Below are positions 1 through 13,800 of a stretch of 64,000 nt of DNA, piece by piece. Every line of letters begins with the position of its first letter. Position 1 is the stretch's first letter. This DNA comes from Auanema rhodensis. Taxonomy: Eukaryota; Animalia; Nematoda. A model generated the notes under the pieces. The model did not search any database. It worked only from the letters and a program-made list of their open reading frames with translations, and had not been told where the DNA came from. The position numbers and the translations under genes were made by a program. Location of the stretch: assembly GCA_964057225.1 (NCBI GenBank), contig OZ059894.1, positions 15,996,001 through 16,060,000 on the forward strand, read 5' to 3'.

Positions 1-2425
1 TAGTTATGATGTCATATGTCCATATCCTTTCTTTAGTTCATTATTATAATATATAGTTTTTTCTTCTCATAATTTATACATTTTCTTGTTTAAGCCACTA
101 AATGAAGTAGAGAGAGAGGGAAAGAATATGGGGGTGAATGTATTGTATTCTGATGTCAACTAGTGTCTCTATTCAATTTCGAATTTTCAATGCTTAGTTT
201 TTTTCTTTTTTTTCCATAATAACACGCTTGAAAAAAAAATTGTCCTTAGACCAAATTCACTCGTTTTTTTCCTTTTACATGTCCAGAAAGTAGTCTAGTT
301 TTCTACTAAATGAGTATTTTCATACCATGTTTGTCTGATATCGTATACATCCATACATATGTGTGTTTTCATTGAATTTTTCGTATTTTCACTATTTTAG
401 TTAAAGAAATGCTGTTTGAGTTAGTAAATTTATACTAACTATATGTTGAATTTTCATACAGAATATCTCGTATAATCTTAGATCTTCAAGCGTTAGTCGT
501 TAGCTTCCCGGCTTTATTAGCTTGTTGCTAGCCACCTCAGCTATCTAGGTTACGGAGATCAGTCACCCATGATTACCCTCTCTAGACCTTGAAAGTCTAG
601 AAAAGACAAAATTTGAATTTATTATTTTCTTACAAAATTCATTGTTGTTTTTCATTTTGGCATAAGTTCTTATATGAATCTAAATTAAGTTAAAATATTT
701 GGAATCTAATATATATTTTTTTAAAATTCTTTATTTTAAAAAAAAATTAAGGCGATAATTTATTTTATATTTATCTTATTGACTTACTTCCGTCTTGTTT
801 TTCTATCTATCTCTTTGGTAAAGTATTAAAAAAAGGAAAAAACAGCAGAATGTAAGATCTTCACGGACGATACAACGTGCATATTCACGCGTGGGATAGA
901 AGCATGACAAGCTGCTGAAGTAAGCGATGTAGCGTGTTTAGCCAGTAAGAATGAAGAGAGAAGCTGAAGCCAATTAAAAAATCTGAAGAGCCAGGAAGGA
1001 GAGATATGGAAATAAAAGAAATTTTGATAATCAGAATGAAGTGAAATGTTTACAGTTGTTCAATTCAATTAAAGAATTGATGTGATGGCTTTCAGATTTC
1101 ATAGTTTAAAAATAACATTGATCTAATTAAAAACAATTTTTATTGCACAAACTATTTGTATTTATATAATGTTTATTTTCTTTTTTTTCATTAATTTTAA
1201 TTATTTTTTTATTATTTCTATGCTTATTACCTGAATGATATCGCTTAGCCATTCTAGGAGAGCAGGCGGTTAATGCTCTTGCTGTCTCTCTTTCTCTTAC
1301 TTTGTCATTTTCTTTCACTACCCTTCTTCCAATTGTTCTCTAAGTTGCTCTCTTTGAATTTTGCTACTGACCCTTTCCGTCTATGTTAGATTTTCGAGAA
1401 GAAGAGAGATAAAGGGATATACTAGCTCATATAACCCTCGGGGTGTGGTAGGTCCAGAAGTGACAGAGAGATAGAAAGAAAGGGGAAATATAGAGGGAGG
1501 GAAAGAAAACGAAAAGAGAGAAGAGTCGAATGTTGTCCCCGCATACATATATACAGAGAGAATGTTGCCAAGTATTGATCTCTTTTTCTCTTCCTTTCCT
1601 TCTCTCTCCAATTTTCTTTAGCACTCAGTGCATCTCTCCGTTTCCTCTACATGGGGTAACAGGAGCCAGACGGCCGATGGCACCAGAGAGACAGAGATCA
1701 CGAGGCAGAGTGAGTGATGAGAGAAACAGAGCGAGAAAGAAACAGAGAAAATACGATACAAGCTGTCTGAATGTCAGTAGTGAAGAGACTGATTGAGAGT
1801 GAAAGAAGCAGAGCCAAAGCTAAAGCCCGTAGAACCAAGGCTTTCCGAGGTGAATGGATGTGAAGCCGAGCAACCGACTAGCTGACAGGGAGAGAGAGAT
1901 CAGAGACGCAGATGGCACACTAGGCATAATGCCCGAGGGCGAATAGTCGCTCTGCTACTGCTTCTCCTGCTACTCTACAAAGAAAGCAAGCAAGCAGGCT
2001 TACCCAACCACCCTCACCCACAGTCTTCTACTCCCCTCTTCTCTCTGGCATTCTCCCTCTATTCGTTTTTTCTCTAGTTCTCTTTCTACCTCTCTCTCTG
2101 TGTTCATCGTCTTCTTCTTTCCAGCCTCCCTTTTCTACCAACCACCCATTCCTCATATAGACGTACATGCACACGTTCCAGTCGTCTTCAGTACCGAATT
2201 TCTGTTAATTTTCCTGTCCATTGGTTACTTCTGTCTACGCGTTTATCACTTCTCGTTCCGATTTGACCCTGAGGATTTCGCCTGATGTCAGCTTTCCGAC
2301 GGCTTTTTCTATCCATTCTCTCAACTTATTTAACATTTTTTCTGACTCTTCGTCTTGTCTTTCACTATGACTTCTTTCTGTTCTTTTTGCTCTCGCCCCT
2401 TCTTAAGTTTTCACTTTTTTTCTTC

Positions 2426-2434
2426 CATTTTCAG
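2426..2434 (+). promoter_or_regulatory. Candidate SL trans-splice acceptor (TTTTCAG) upstream of slo-1
   Basis: Consensus TTTTCAG at the end of a long pyrimidine-rich, outron-like tract (~2030-2430), about 170 nt before the ATG. Confidence 0.45.
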
Positions 2435-2605
2435 CTCTTTGGCTAGTCTCAGCTATAGGCTATTCGTCCTAACGGGTCTTAGACGTCTACTCGTACAGAA
2501 GCCGAAAAGCTAAAACTCGAGTTAGATGGGCAGATGACGTCAGCCGGCACGTGAATCTGTTCAAACTCTACGATCCAGGCAAAGCACTCCTGAACAGCAC
2601 CAAAA

Positions 2606-4786
2606 ATGGGTGAAATGTATGTTTTAGTTGAAACTCTTTAAATACATTGTTCAATCTATCAAACAGCATTCATCCACCTGATATGAATATATAATTCCAA
2701 CATATTCATATATCTATACATTCATAAATTAGAAAACAAATTGAAAGATGAAGCAACGGATCTGAATTTCCGTTTCTCAGGCTTCGCTGTTTTCTATTTT
2801 GACTCTAAAATATCCTAAATGTGTAGATCATTTGTTATGATCTAAAGTTATAAAATTTCATTTTAAATCAATTTTCTAATGATTTCTGAAGAAAAAATGG
2901 TAATGAAAGATTAATTATATTTTAAGAAAATTAAAGAATAATTAAAGTTTATAAAAGTTTTTTTTTTCCTTTTAGGTTTTTACCAAGCCAATCTAAAGGC
3001 TTTAACCAGCCATACGGCTTTCCAATGAATTGCAGTATAAACCGACTTTTTATTGAAATGACAGAAGAAGATCGGAAATGTCTGGAAGAAAGAAAGTACT
3101 GGTGTTTTATGTTAAGCAGGTATGAATTTTTATTTTTTTTTATTGAAATTTATATTTCATTTCTATCTTTTCTTAAACTTTTTCATCATTTTCTTTTACT
3201 TGTCTAGTAACTACTATTCATATTGTTTATAAGAAATATAAAATTTTCTTACATTTTGAAGAAGCATAATCTAAGTTGGTTTGCTTGTTTCTTTTTTTTT
3301 TGAGATAAAGAGAGATAGAAAGATTTATATTTATTTTTATATATTTAAATACATATACATATGGCTATAAACATATCCATACAAATTATATTATTGTTTT
3401 GTTTTTAAAAAAACATAAAGAAAACAACATTTTGAGAACAAATGTTTCAAATGTTTTCTTTGTTTTATATGAAATGAACAATTTTTATGATATTTTTCAA
3501 ATTTTAAAAAGAATAATATTTCATTTATAAAATAAAATTTTCCAAAAACAACTGAGATAACATAGTTTTGTTTGATTCAAGCTTTTTATCATTCATATGT
3601 CAAGTTTGAAAAAGTTGCATCATGAAAAGTTGAAAAATACGAATGAAAAGCTGCAAAATTTTCTCAAAATTTTCGGATATTTCTTCAAAAACTTATATTT
3701 TTTTTCACAAATGAATAAATTCAAATATGGAATGTGTGAGATTTTTTGAAAGGAACTGAAAATGAGAGAAAAAAGTGATGGATAGATGTGGAAAAATAGT
3801 TAATCAACAAATATTTATATTTTACATCCAACATCTAACTATGTGACATCTAGCAATGTAACATCTCACTATAGAACATCTGATAACAGGAAATTTATGT
3901 TCACACTGAAAAAAACTTCTATTCAACTTCAGCATAAGCCATGTTTGTAGCATTTTTTTGTCCGATTTTCAATATTTTTTAGAAGAACAAACTTGAAAAC
4001 GAAGTTTGTGTTTGCTCTTCTCAAATAGGAAGTTGTAATAGAAATAATAACAAATTACAAGTGAAGTTTGAGTAAGTTAATTGCCCATAAATGGTAAATT
4101 TTGGCTTCCTCGTCAGCATCTCTCTATCTTCATTTGTTCTTAAAGCACCAAAACACAATGACTTTCCTATCGAAACGTATTATCTGGCTTCATCCGCTAT
4201 TATTACATACGTAAATGGTCTTACAACTACTTTTAGAGTCTCAAGAAATGATTGAGTGCAGGACAAATTGAGATTGTTCTTGTCAAACAGCCTTATAATT
4301 TGTCTTTTTTTCTCATTAGACAAATAAAACAAGAAATAATTTTATTTTTGTCTTATTCTATCGAAAAGAATGTATATATATTTTTCATTTTAATACCTTA
4401 TCTAAAAGTGGTAATACAAGAGCTTTCTAGTATCCATATTCAAATATAGAAAATGGAGTAAAGATCATCAAAGTATGTTTATTAAGTTTGGCCCTACTTT
4501 ACAGGTTTTGAATTTTGACATCCGGAACAACTTATTTCGTCCGTTGTGAGAGGGACAAAAAGTTTTCGAGCTTGGAAGAAAAATATAATTCTGCTCGGAG
4601 TACAAGACAAATTATGTTCCTTCTGATGTTAAGTATCACTATTCCGATGATTCTCCTCAGTTTTCAGGTCTCTATAGCCCTCTTTCTCTATGCTTGTCTC
4701 AAATTTCATTTAAAACTGAAAGAGATTGAAAATTATAGAGAGGAATAAGAAAGCTAGAAAGAGAAAGAGAGAGAGTGAGAGTGTGA

Positions 4787-4852
<66 letters not shown>

Positions 4853-7800
4853 TGGGAGGAATGAAAAGTAGAAGGTGAGAGAGAAGAGAAGAAAAGCAAA
4901 ACGAGCAGAATAACGCTTAGGTCTTAGTAGCTTCCAAAGGATTGTAAGCAAGTTTGGCTGCTGCTTGTTGGCATGGCCGTTATGAACGAGTGTGTCGAGG
5001 CAGGAAACAAGGTTAGGATATGGATATTGGTAGATATAAGAGACGAAAATCGTTTTGAATCATAGCAAGCAGTAGGTGCTAAGGTTTTGAAATACATGCT
5101 ATAGGAATGGCTTTCCTATAATTTCGTTTGTTCAATACGAGACACACAAATTATTACTAAAAATGCTATAGATGGGAACATAAAAAATAATGGAAAATCA
5201 TAAAATATGAAAGATTAAAGTTGAAGAACAAGACGAAGATGATGAAGTGAAGGGGTATTTTTTCAAAATTTAAGTTCTATTAAATATCTTTTGGTATAAT
5301 AGTTTAATGTGCATTATACGTATTATACGTATATAATTTATTTATTTTAATATATTTTAGTATTGTAACGTTCTGTGTATCAATGCTTCTCGTTGTTACA
5401 TGGAGAATCGTAACTCATCTGTTTTGTCAACGAAGTCGTGATGAGCCAGTTGTAGATGTGCCAGAAACAGTCCCATTACAGGTGTTGAAAATAAAAAATT
5501 TTTATCAATATTTTGTATATTTGTAGGTCAATGGTAAGCATGGTGTCGTTAAGAATGAATTTGAAGGATTAGCTTTAAAACAGGAGGAAAAACATCTAGG
5601 CTGGATGACAGAGGTCAGTCTCATACGAATTCATTCATCAAATGAACATATTAGCTCATGTTTTTTTCTTCAATTTTAATGAAAAATGAAAAATTAAAAT
5701 ATGACTTTGGTCTCCTTGTTGGTGTAATTTTGTTTTTTTTTCTCATTCACTTGATAGCTGATGCAGAACCCGGTTGTACATTATATTTTGAACGATGAAC
5801 CAAACTTATTTTCAAAAATAGTTGGAAGGAAATTTAATTTTTTCATGTTTCAGGCAAAAGATTGGGCTGGAGAGTTAATATCTGGTCAAAGCTTGACTGG
5901 ACGTTTCCTTGTTGTTCTTGTATTTGTGCTATCTGTTGGCTCTCTTGGAATCTATTTCTACGATGCCAGTTTGTGAGTTTTGTTTTTACTAATTATATGG
6001 AAATAGACTTTCAAATATTAAAAAGACGATAATTCTCTTAGTTAAACATACATTCGGAAATCTTTATCGTATTCCAACAACATGCGATGCTCAATAAAAA
6101 GTTTTTTTTACAAAACTAAGCTAGTGGCCCATCCTGTACCTCTTAATCCTCTTCTTTTCAACCTTTGATTTTTTTATGATCATGCCACCTGCTTTGAATG
6201 AGATAAATTACTAAAGAATATAGAAAGAAAAAGCTGAAAAGTCTTTGAGGACATTTGCAGTAAGAATTGAAAAAACATTCAGGTGATTTATTGAACGTTT
6301 TCCTTTTTTTTTCTCAGATTGCAAAAATACCTTTTGACTTGAATTTAAAAAAAACTTTTAGTAGGAAATGCACTATGCTCGGGTTGGTTTAATGTAGTAA
6401 TTGAAGAATTTTTCAAATTTAACTAACAAGAAAAACCAAAAATGAGCTTTGAACATGCTTTATTCAACTAAAATTTGATATCTCATTTGTAATTGAGAAC
6501 ATAAATAAGAATTATGTTTCTAATATCTAACGTTCGAATTTTTTTGTTAGTATTCAATAGAAAATTAATAATTTAAGAGAAAACTTTAGAAAATCCCAAA
6601 ATCAGGAGTATGATGAGAGAAGGCTTTGTGACAATTTCTTCTTTTTTTTGCAAGAAAGCATACGAAAGACTTTATAAGAAGAGGGGGAGGGGAGGGGAGA
6701 GCAGATGAAGACGCCAAAAAAATAGGAAGAAGGCATTTTTTCATTATATTATTATTGTTTATTGTTAAGTTTTCTTCTGATTCATTAATTCGTAATCATG
6801 GGATATTACTGCTGGTATACGAATTTGAACTAACATCTAATGGACGACGACAGAGGAAGCATAACGCTGCCTTGGGTCTGCAACCAATTAAGTCCGAATA
6901 GTTGGTTCATGCCATCTGACGACGACTATTCATTTTCTTCTCATCATTTTTCCTCTAAGCAATTTAATGCTAATTTTGATTATTGATGACGTCATAAGAC
7001 AGCAAAAATACTGTAGATGAATTAAGATAAAGAAGGAAAAAGAAGAAAAAAAGTTGATTGATTTTTAAAATAAAAACATAAAAATGTATTATAATAATAA
7101 GTATAAACATTGATTATAGCTTATAAGATGTGCTAGTCCGTATTTATAAGAAAATCTATAAACTCTCATTTTTAATCCATTCTTTCCTTATTGGAATTCT
7201 CATAAATTAATTCATTTTTTTTGAAAATAAATTAGTTTTATTCATATGATTAGATTAACTGTCATCCTAGTTAACGCATTCAATCTATGTAATCAATGTA
7301 AAATGGTCAATTTCATTCATTATTACAGATTCATATGAGATTACTAATGATGAGAAGCATAAATGATTTATAAGTTGAGAAGGAATGAACTAAAGAGAGA
7401 GAGACAGAGGGAGGGGAACAGACAAACATAGAGAGAGAGAGAGAGAGAGAGAGAGACAAAAGATATTTTACTATGTGAACATAGTTTAGTCATATAATTA
7501 GTTTTGAGCAATTAGCTTTTCAAACTTGCTTCAATTAGCAATTCTGAAGCTGAAATTGACTTGTTATCTGAATTGAACATAAATATTCAAAAAATTTTGC
7601 TAAAAAAATTAAATATTTAATCTTTTTGTTCTTTTGTTATTCATTGCAACATATATGTATTTATCCACAAAAAAAATGCCTCGATCGGAAAACTGATGTG
7701 AACATTGACTTTTACGTGAACCCGTGAAACATTGATATTTCGAGTTGTTTTTAAGAAATATTATTTGTTCAACCGGTTGCAAACTAAATGTTTTCTTCTA

Positions 7801-10800
7801 TTATTATTTGAAAAACTATTCATTTCATTCATTTTCAGCCAAAATTTCCAAGTAGAAACATGTATACCATGGCAGGAAAGTCCATCACAACAAATTGATT
7901 TGGGTTTTAACATATTCTTCCTTGTTTACTTTTTTATTAGGGTAAGTATAATAATAATATTATATATTATATAATTATATAATTACAGTTTATTGCTGCT
8001 TCCGATAAAGTATGGTTTCTATTAGAACTCTACAGTTTTATCGATTATTGTACAATTCCACCATCCTTTGTCGCCATATACCTACAGAGAAATTGGCTAG
8101 GTAATCAATTTTTTCTAATTTATTTTTATATTTATCAGTTTATTTATTTGTTTATTTGTTAAGGTTTTCGTTTTCTTCGTGCTCTACGTTTGATGACAGT
8201 GCCCGATATCTTACAATATCTGAATATTCTTAAAACTTCATCATCAATTCGTCTTACACAGTTGGTTACTATTTTCGTATCTGTATGCTTAACTGGAGCC
8301 GGAGGAGTACATTTAGTAAGAAACATATAATTAGCCTGAAAAATAATATAATAATATGCTTATAGTTTGAAAATTCTGGAGATTTCTTCAAAGGTTTTGT
8401 CAATCCACATAGAATTACATATGCTGATTGTGTTTATTTTGTTCTTGTTACAATGTCCACTGTTGGTATGGTTTTATTTATTAATTTACCTTTTTTATAT
8501 TAAATTTATTTGTAAATAATAGTTATTATTATTATATTATTATAGGATATGGAGATATCTACTGTACAACGTTATGTGGCCGTATTTTCATGGTCTTCTT
8601 CATTCTTGGTGGTTTGGTCAGTTTTTTTTTGTTTTTTGTAACATTTTTCTTTTTCGTTTTTAAAAAATTACTATATTTATCATTTATATGGATTGATGTT
8701 TTCTTTGTTTAGGCTATGTTTGCCAGTTATGTTCCTGAAATTGCTGATCTAATCGGAAATCGTCAGAAATATGGTGGTGAATACAAGGGAGAACATGGAA
8801 AAAAGTATATTTTACTTATTTATTTATCATTATAAAAAATTATAAGAACTTAAATTATAATTATAACGGTATAAGCTTAATAATAAATATGTTTTAGACA
8901 CATAGTTGTATGTGGACATATCACATATGACTCTGTCAGTCATTTTCTTCAAGACTTCCTTCATGAAGATCGTGATGATGTGGATGTTGAAGTTGTATTT
9001 CTGCATAGGTTTGTTAGCTACATTTCAAATTTAATTATAACATATAGTTAAATATACATCTATATACCATTGCACGATTGATAATTTTGAAAATATGAAG
9101 TATATTGTTTACACGAAGACAAAAACAAGAAGATGCTCTCTGAGCTCCCTCAGGAGTTTATAAGCTTTTCAGTTTGAAATATATATTTTTCTATGGCATA
9201 TTTTAAAAATGAATGGAAAATTTGAGTATAACTGCACAAAAACTGATTTTTGATATCTTCTTCCTTACAGGGTAGTTCCGGATCTTGAATTAGAAGGTTT
9301 ATTCAAGCGTCATTTCACCAAAGTAGAGTTCTTCACGGGTACTGTAATGGACTCTTTGGATCTTTCACGTGTTAAGGTATGTTTGAACTAAGAACTCAAT
9401 GATATTTTCTATAATAAAAGCATATACATTTCTTTGAAAGAAAAGTCTGAGAGAAAAGTATGAGAGTGATGTTGATATCTCTTAAGTTTGACATCTTTCT
9501 TCATTTTTTGTTGAAAATCTGTCCTTTCCATATCACTTACTCCATTACGTTATTTCTTTTATGATGCATCGTAACTTCAAGATATGAGAGATTTGTTGTT
9601 ATCCATTTAGGTCACCTGTTGTAAGATTCTTTTTTCTTCTCGTGAAGCTTAAAAATATAGAATTGTACTTAAAAATGATCAATATACATACATATGTATA
9701 CATATAATCAATCTATACTAAAAGTCATTAGTTATCTTTTTGTATCTTTCAATTCTCTTTCTATTTCTCTTATTTGAACTTATTCTCTTCTCATTTTACT
9801 CTCTTACATCTCTTCATATCTATCTCTCATTCTTTTACCATCATATTACCGCAATATCTCTAAAACTTCTCTTTTCGAGCATTCATATCAATTTTCCTTA
9901 CATTACAACTTTTGTTAATTATACATATAGTATAACAAATGATTCACAACAATTATTGAAAGTGAAACATTCAAAAAGAAATAATATTTATGTTTATAAC
10001 TTTAATAGTTGTATATCTTCTATGGTATTACTATATCATCTGCTTTATTATAATTGTGTAAAATTTTTCGGAAACATCTGTGACTAATGTTGACGATTAA
10101 CAGATGTTGATTAAGTATTGTCACATCTAAAATCATTGATTTTGCACATTAAACTGCATATAGTTAGCATAATCTAACTTAATTAAAACTTATGTGTGAA
10201 AAAGGGATTGAATATAATAATAAAAATTGAAAATATTATATATTATCTTTAGGTAACTGATGCCGATGCTTGTTTGGTTTTGGCTAATAAATACAGTACT
10301 AATCCTGATGCTGAAGATGCTGCAAATATCATGAGAGTTATATCTATTAAGAATTATTCCAGTGACATTAGAGTCATTGTACAGCTTATGCAGTATCATA
10401 ATAAGGTATAATATTCTATATTCTATATAGATTGAAAAACTTAAATGTCTTCAGGCATATTTACTAAATATTCCATCATGGGATTGGCGTCGTGGTGATG
10501 ACGTCATCTGTTTAGCTGAACTTAAATTAGGATTCATTGCTCAATCATGTCTGGCACCTGGATTTTCAACAATGATGGCCAACTTATTCGCTATGAGAAG
10601 TTTTAAAACTGTAAGTTTTATATTATTTGTTTTCTATATGTTGTGTGATTGTATATACATTATTCTAATTATACATACATTTAACAAAAGCTTTATAAAT
10701 AAATTAACACAAAATTAAAGTTTAACATCTAGCTTTACTAACAAGTGTCTCATGTCTTTCAGTCTCCTCATACGCCTGCTTGGTTGAATGATTATCTTCG

Positions 10801-13800
10801 AGGAGCTGGAATGGAAATGTATACGGAAAAGCTATCACAAGCTTTTGTGAATATGACTTTTCCCGAAGCAGCTGAGTAAGTTTCTCAATAATCCACCTAA
10901 TACCTAATGAAATTTTAATATATAATTAACATTTTCCCTTTAATTATTCTAAAAATATATAATATATCTTGAAGTGTTGTATTCCAAGTTAACTGTATTT
11001 AATTGTCCCGTTACTTAAAGTCCCCTCGGGTGTTATATGTTGATTAATCGAGAAATAATGTCTTTTGTCATACGTTTCATTTTGAATTATTCATTAATAT
11101 AGTCAAAAATCACAAAACTTCAGTCTCGAGATACTCCGGATTGGCTAAATCTTTACCTATGTGGGGCGGGAATGGAAATGTACACGGATACATTATCACA
11201 TTCTTTTGTAGGAATGAGTTTTCCTGAGGCTGTTGAGTAAGAATTCCAATTATTTCTGCTTTATTAGCCCTTAATCTGAGTTATTTTACAAATATTTTGA
11301 TAATTTAATAATATTTATTGAAATCCAAATGAAGAAAATGTTCAAATAATATGTATCTTTCAGCCTTCTATTCACTCGACTTGGATTATTATTATTAGCC
11401 ATTGAATTGAAAGATGAAGAGAATAAGGTAAAATTTATTTATTTTTTCTTATAAAATATTTGTTTTTCAAGGAATGTAATATTGCTATTAATCCTGGTCC
11501 TCATATTACAATTCAACCACAAACTCAGGGATTCTTTATTGCTCAAAGTGCAGATGAAGTTAAAAGGTATGATATTAAAACTTAATTATAACATATAATC
11601 AATATATTTAGAGCATTTTTCTGGTGTAAACAATGTCATGATGATATACGAGATGTAACCTTGATTAAGAAATGTAAATGCAAAAATTGTATGTTTCATC
11701 ATTATTTCTAATAATCAATGAGAAATCAAATGTTATTTCAGTGGCCTTATTCCGCAGGAACACAAAGCATTCAACAGCTAGAGGTAAGATACTAACTTCT
11801 TCTTTCATTCATCTTTTTTTTTATTTTTTTTTAAACCGAAATTCGAAAAAAAATATTTTCTTAATCAATTTTTTGTTTTATTTTTTTATTTTTTATTATT
11901 ATTAACATGGATTACTAACATGTTTATCCTATATTTTTGATTATGCGCAACCCAAATGTTAAACCTAACAGACAACAGAAAAAAAAGAAAAAACAATCAA
12001 CTTGCAGACTATTCGGAATTTGATGTGCTTTTTAGCCAAAATGACGGTAATTTTACTGTTCTATCCAACCATTAGCTTTGTTTCTTACCCACTTGGAACG
12101 CATAACTTACATAACTATATGTGTAACACTTGCTACATATAGTGCATATTTTTCTGATTTTTTTCTTTTCTATCGTTCCTTTTTTATGATTTTTATTATT
12201 TTATTAGTTAATTTCAATTTTTAAAACCCTTAGAAAGAACAAATAATTACCCAGCATGGCTTTATGTCCTACAATGTATTTGTTTATAATTTTTTTTTAT
12301 TAATTTTTATTTCTGTAGAATATAAAAAGAGTTATATAACTCTTTAATAGTTATAGATTAATTCACATTCATTTTATTTAAATTATTCAGCATGTTTTTT
12401 AAACGTTTCTATCTGCTTGTCATAGCTTGCAGTCTCGTACTGTTTGATATGAAAAAGCTCATCAGAACTTAGCTAGAAATTTTGATAACATCATTTCAAT
12501 ATTTGATTGTTTGCGATTTATTTCTTAGAACTAGTCTAGCTTATCACAGTTTATATGAGTTTCTTCTGAATTTTCTTTTTCTATTCAAACAGTTTACGAT
12601 GTTTTTCCTTATATTTTGCTTTAAAATCACTGAGAATCTTTTGAGAAGAGAATTCAGAAAATCTCATCGAATGACAACGATAGGTTTTCAAAAAAACTGT
12701 TTTCAACAAGAATCTGCTTTCATCTTTAATTAATTTAGCCCATTTTTCAGCTCGAAATAATCCAGATCCACCACCTCCTCAAGTGCCTCAACATGGACAA
12801 CAAGCTCAACTTCGTATGCTTAGTGAACAAAGGTTTTTACAATTTATTTTAAATAAAACTAAAAATTCAAATAAAATATTTCTTTTCAAATATAACATGT
12901 GGGAAATTTTAATTTTCTTTAGTTTACTGAACTTGTTTTGTATCAAAAAAATTATATAAAAAAGCTTAATCAAAGATGAGTAATAGTTTGAAAAGCTGAC
13001 TAACTAAATTGCTTCTTTTTTTGTTTATTTTTATTATAAAATTGCATCCAAATAACTTCTGTCGAATATTAACCTTGCTATTTTAATTTCTAAATCTATC
13101 TTCTTTTACTATTCTATCTTAGCTTTTACTATAATTTTATTTTTAAAGATTTTATTTATATTAAAGAATTCTATAATATTATATATTACTAGACAGTAAA
13201 GAGTACGGTAAATTCAGAGAAGTAATTCTTATTCTAAGAAAAAAAATTTTTTCCAATGTTATAGCAGAAGAAAGAACAAAAAATATTTTACAGTGATTTC
13301 AGTTCGACGAGTGATAATCATCTAGCGTCGAAATCTATGCGATTCGCCTATGAGATCAAGAAACTAATGTGAATAACAGTATTTGATTTGAACACTCACC
13401 TTAACTATGCTCACCTCAGCACGATTTTTGTTTAGTATATTATAACGGAAACATCATTATAAAAAGTTTGAATATAATAAGGGAGAAAGGGACAAAGATA
13501 TTGAAAAGATATTCATCTTCTCATCATCTATGTCTTACTTTTTACTGTTGTTTCATTAGATTACTCACAATAGATTCAGACTAGGTTGTCAATTTTTGAG
13601 ATAAACTAGAAAGCATAAGCATTATGCTGCTGCAAATTAGTATAATTAGACAGCCAGCCTATATCTTAAAATATCATTTACGTAGTAATAATAATTTTAA
13701 AAATAGTTAGTAATAACTATGTATATTTCAGTATTTTGTGAATGATATTTTTAGATTGTGAAGCCTATATATGTACTTATATTTACACAAATTATTGCTT

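Noticed and set aside
1127-2285. Short ORFs upstream of slo-1
   Set aside because: Low-complexity translations of GA/CT-rich promoter DNA, with no recognisable domain or splice structure.
4699-4951. SLSLSL/ERERER-type ORFs here and at 36137, 46283, 48167 and 53985-54291
   Set aside because: Translations of GA/CT microsatellites.
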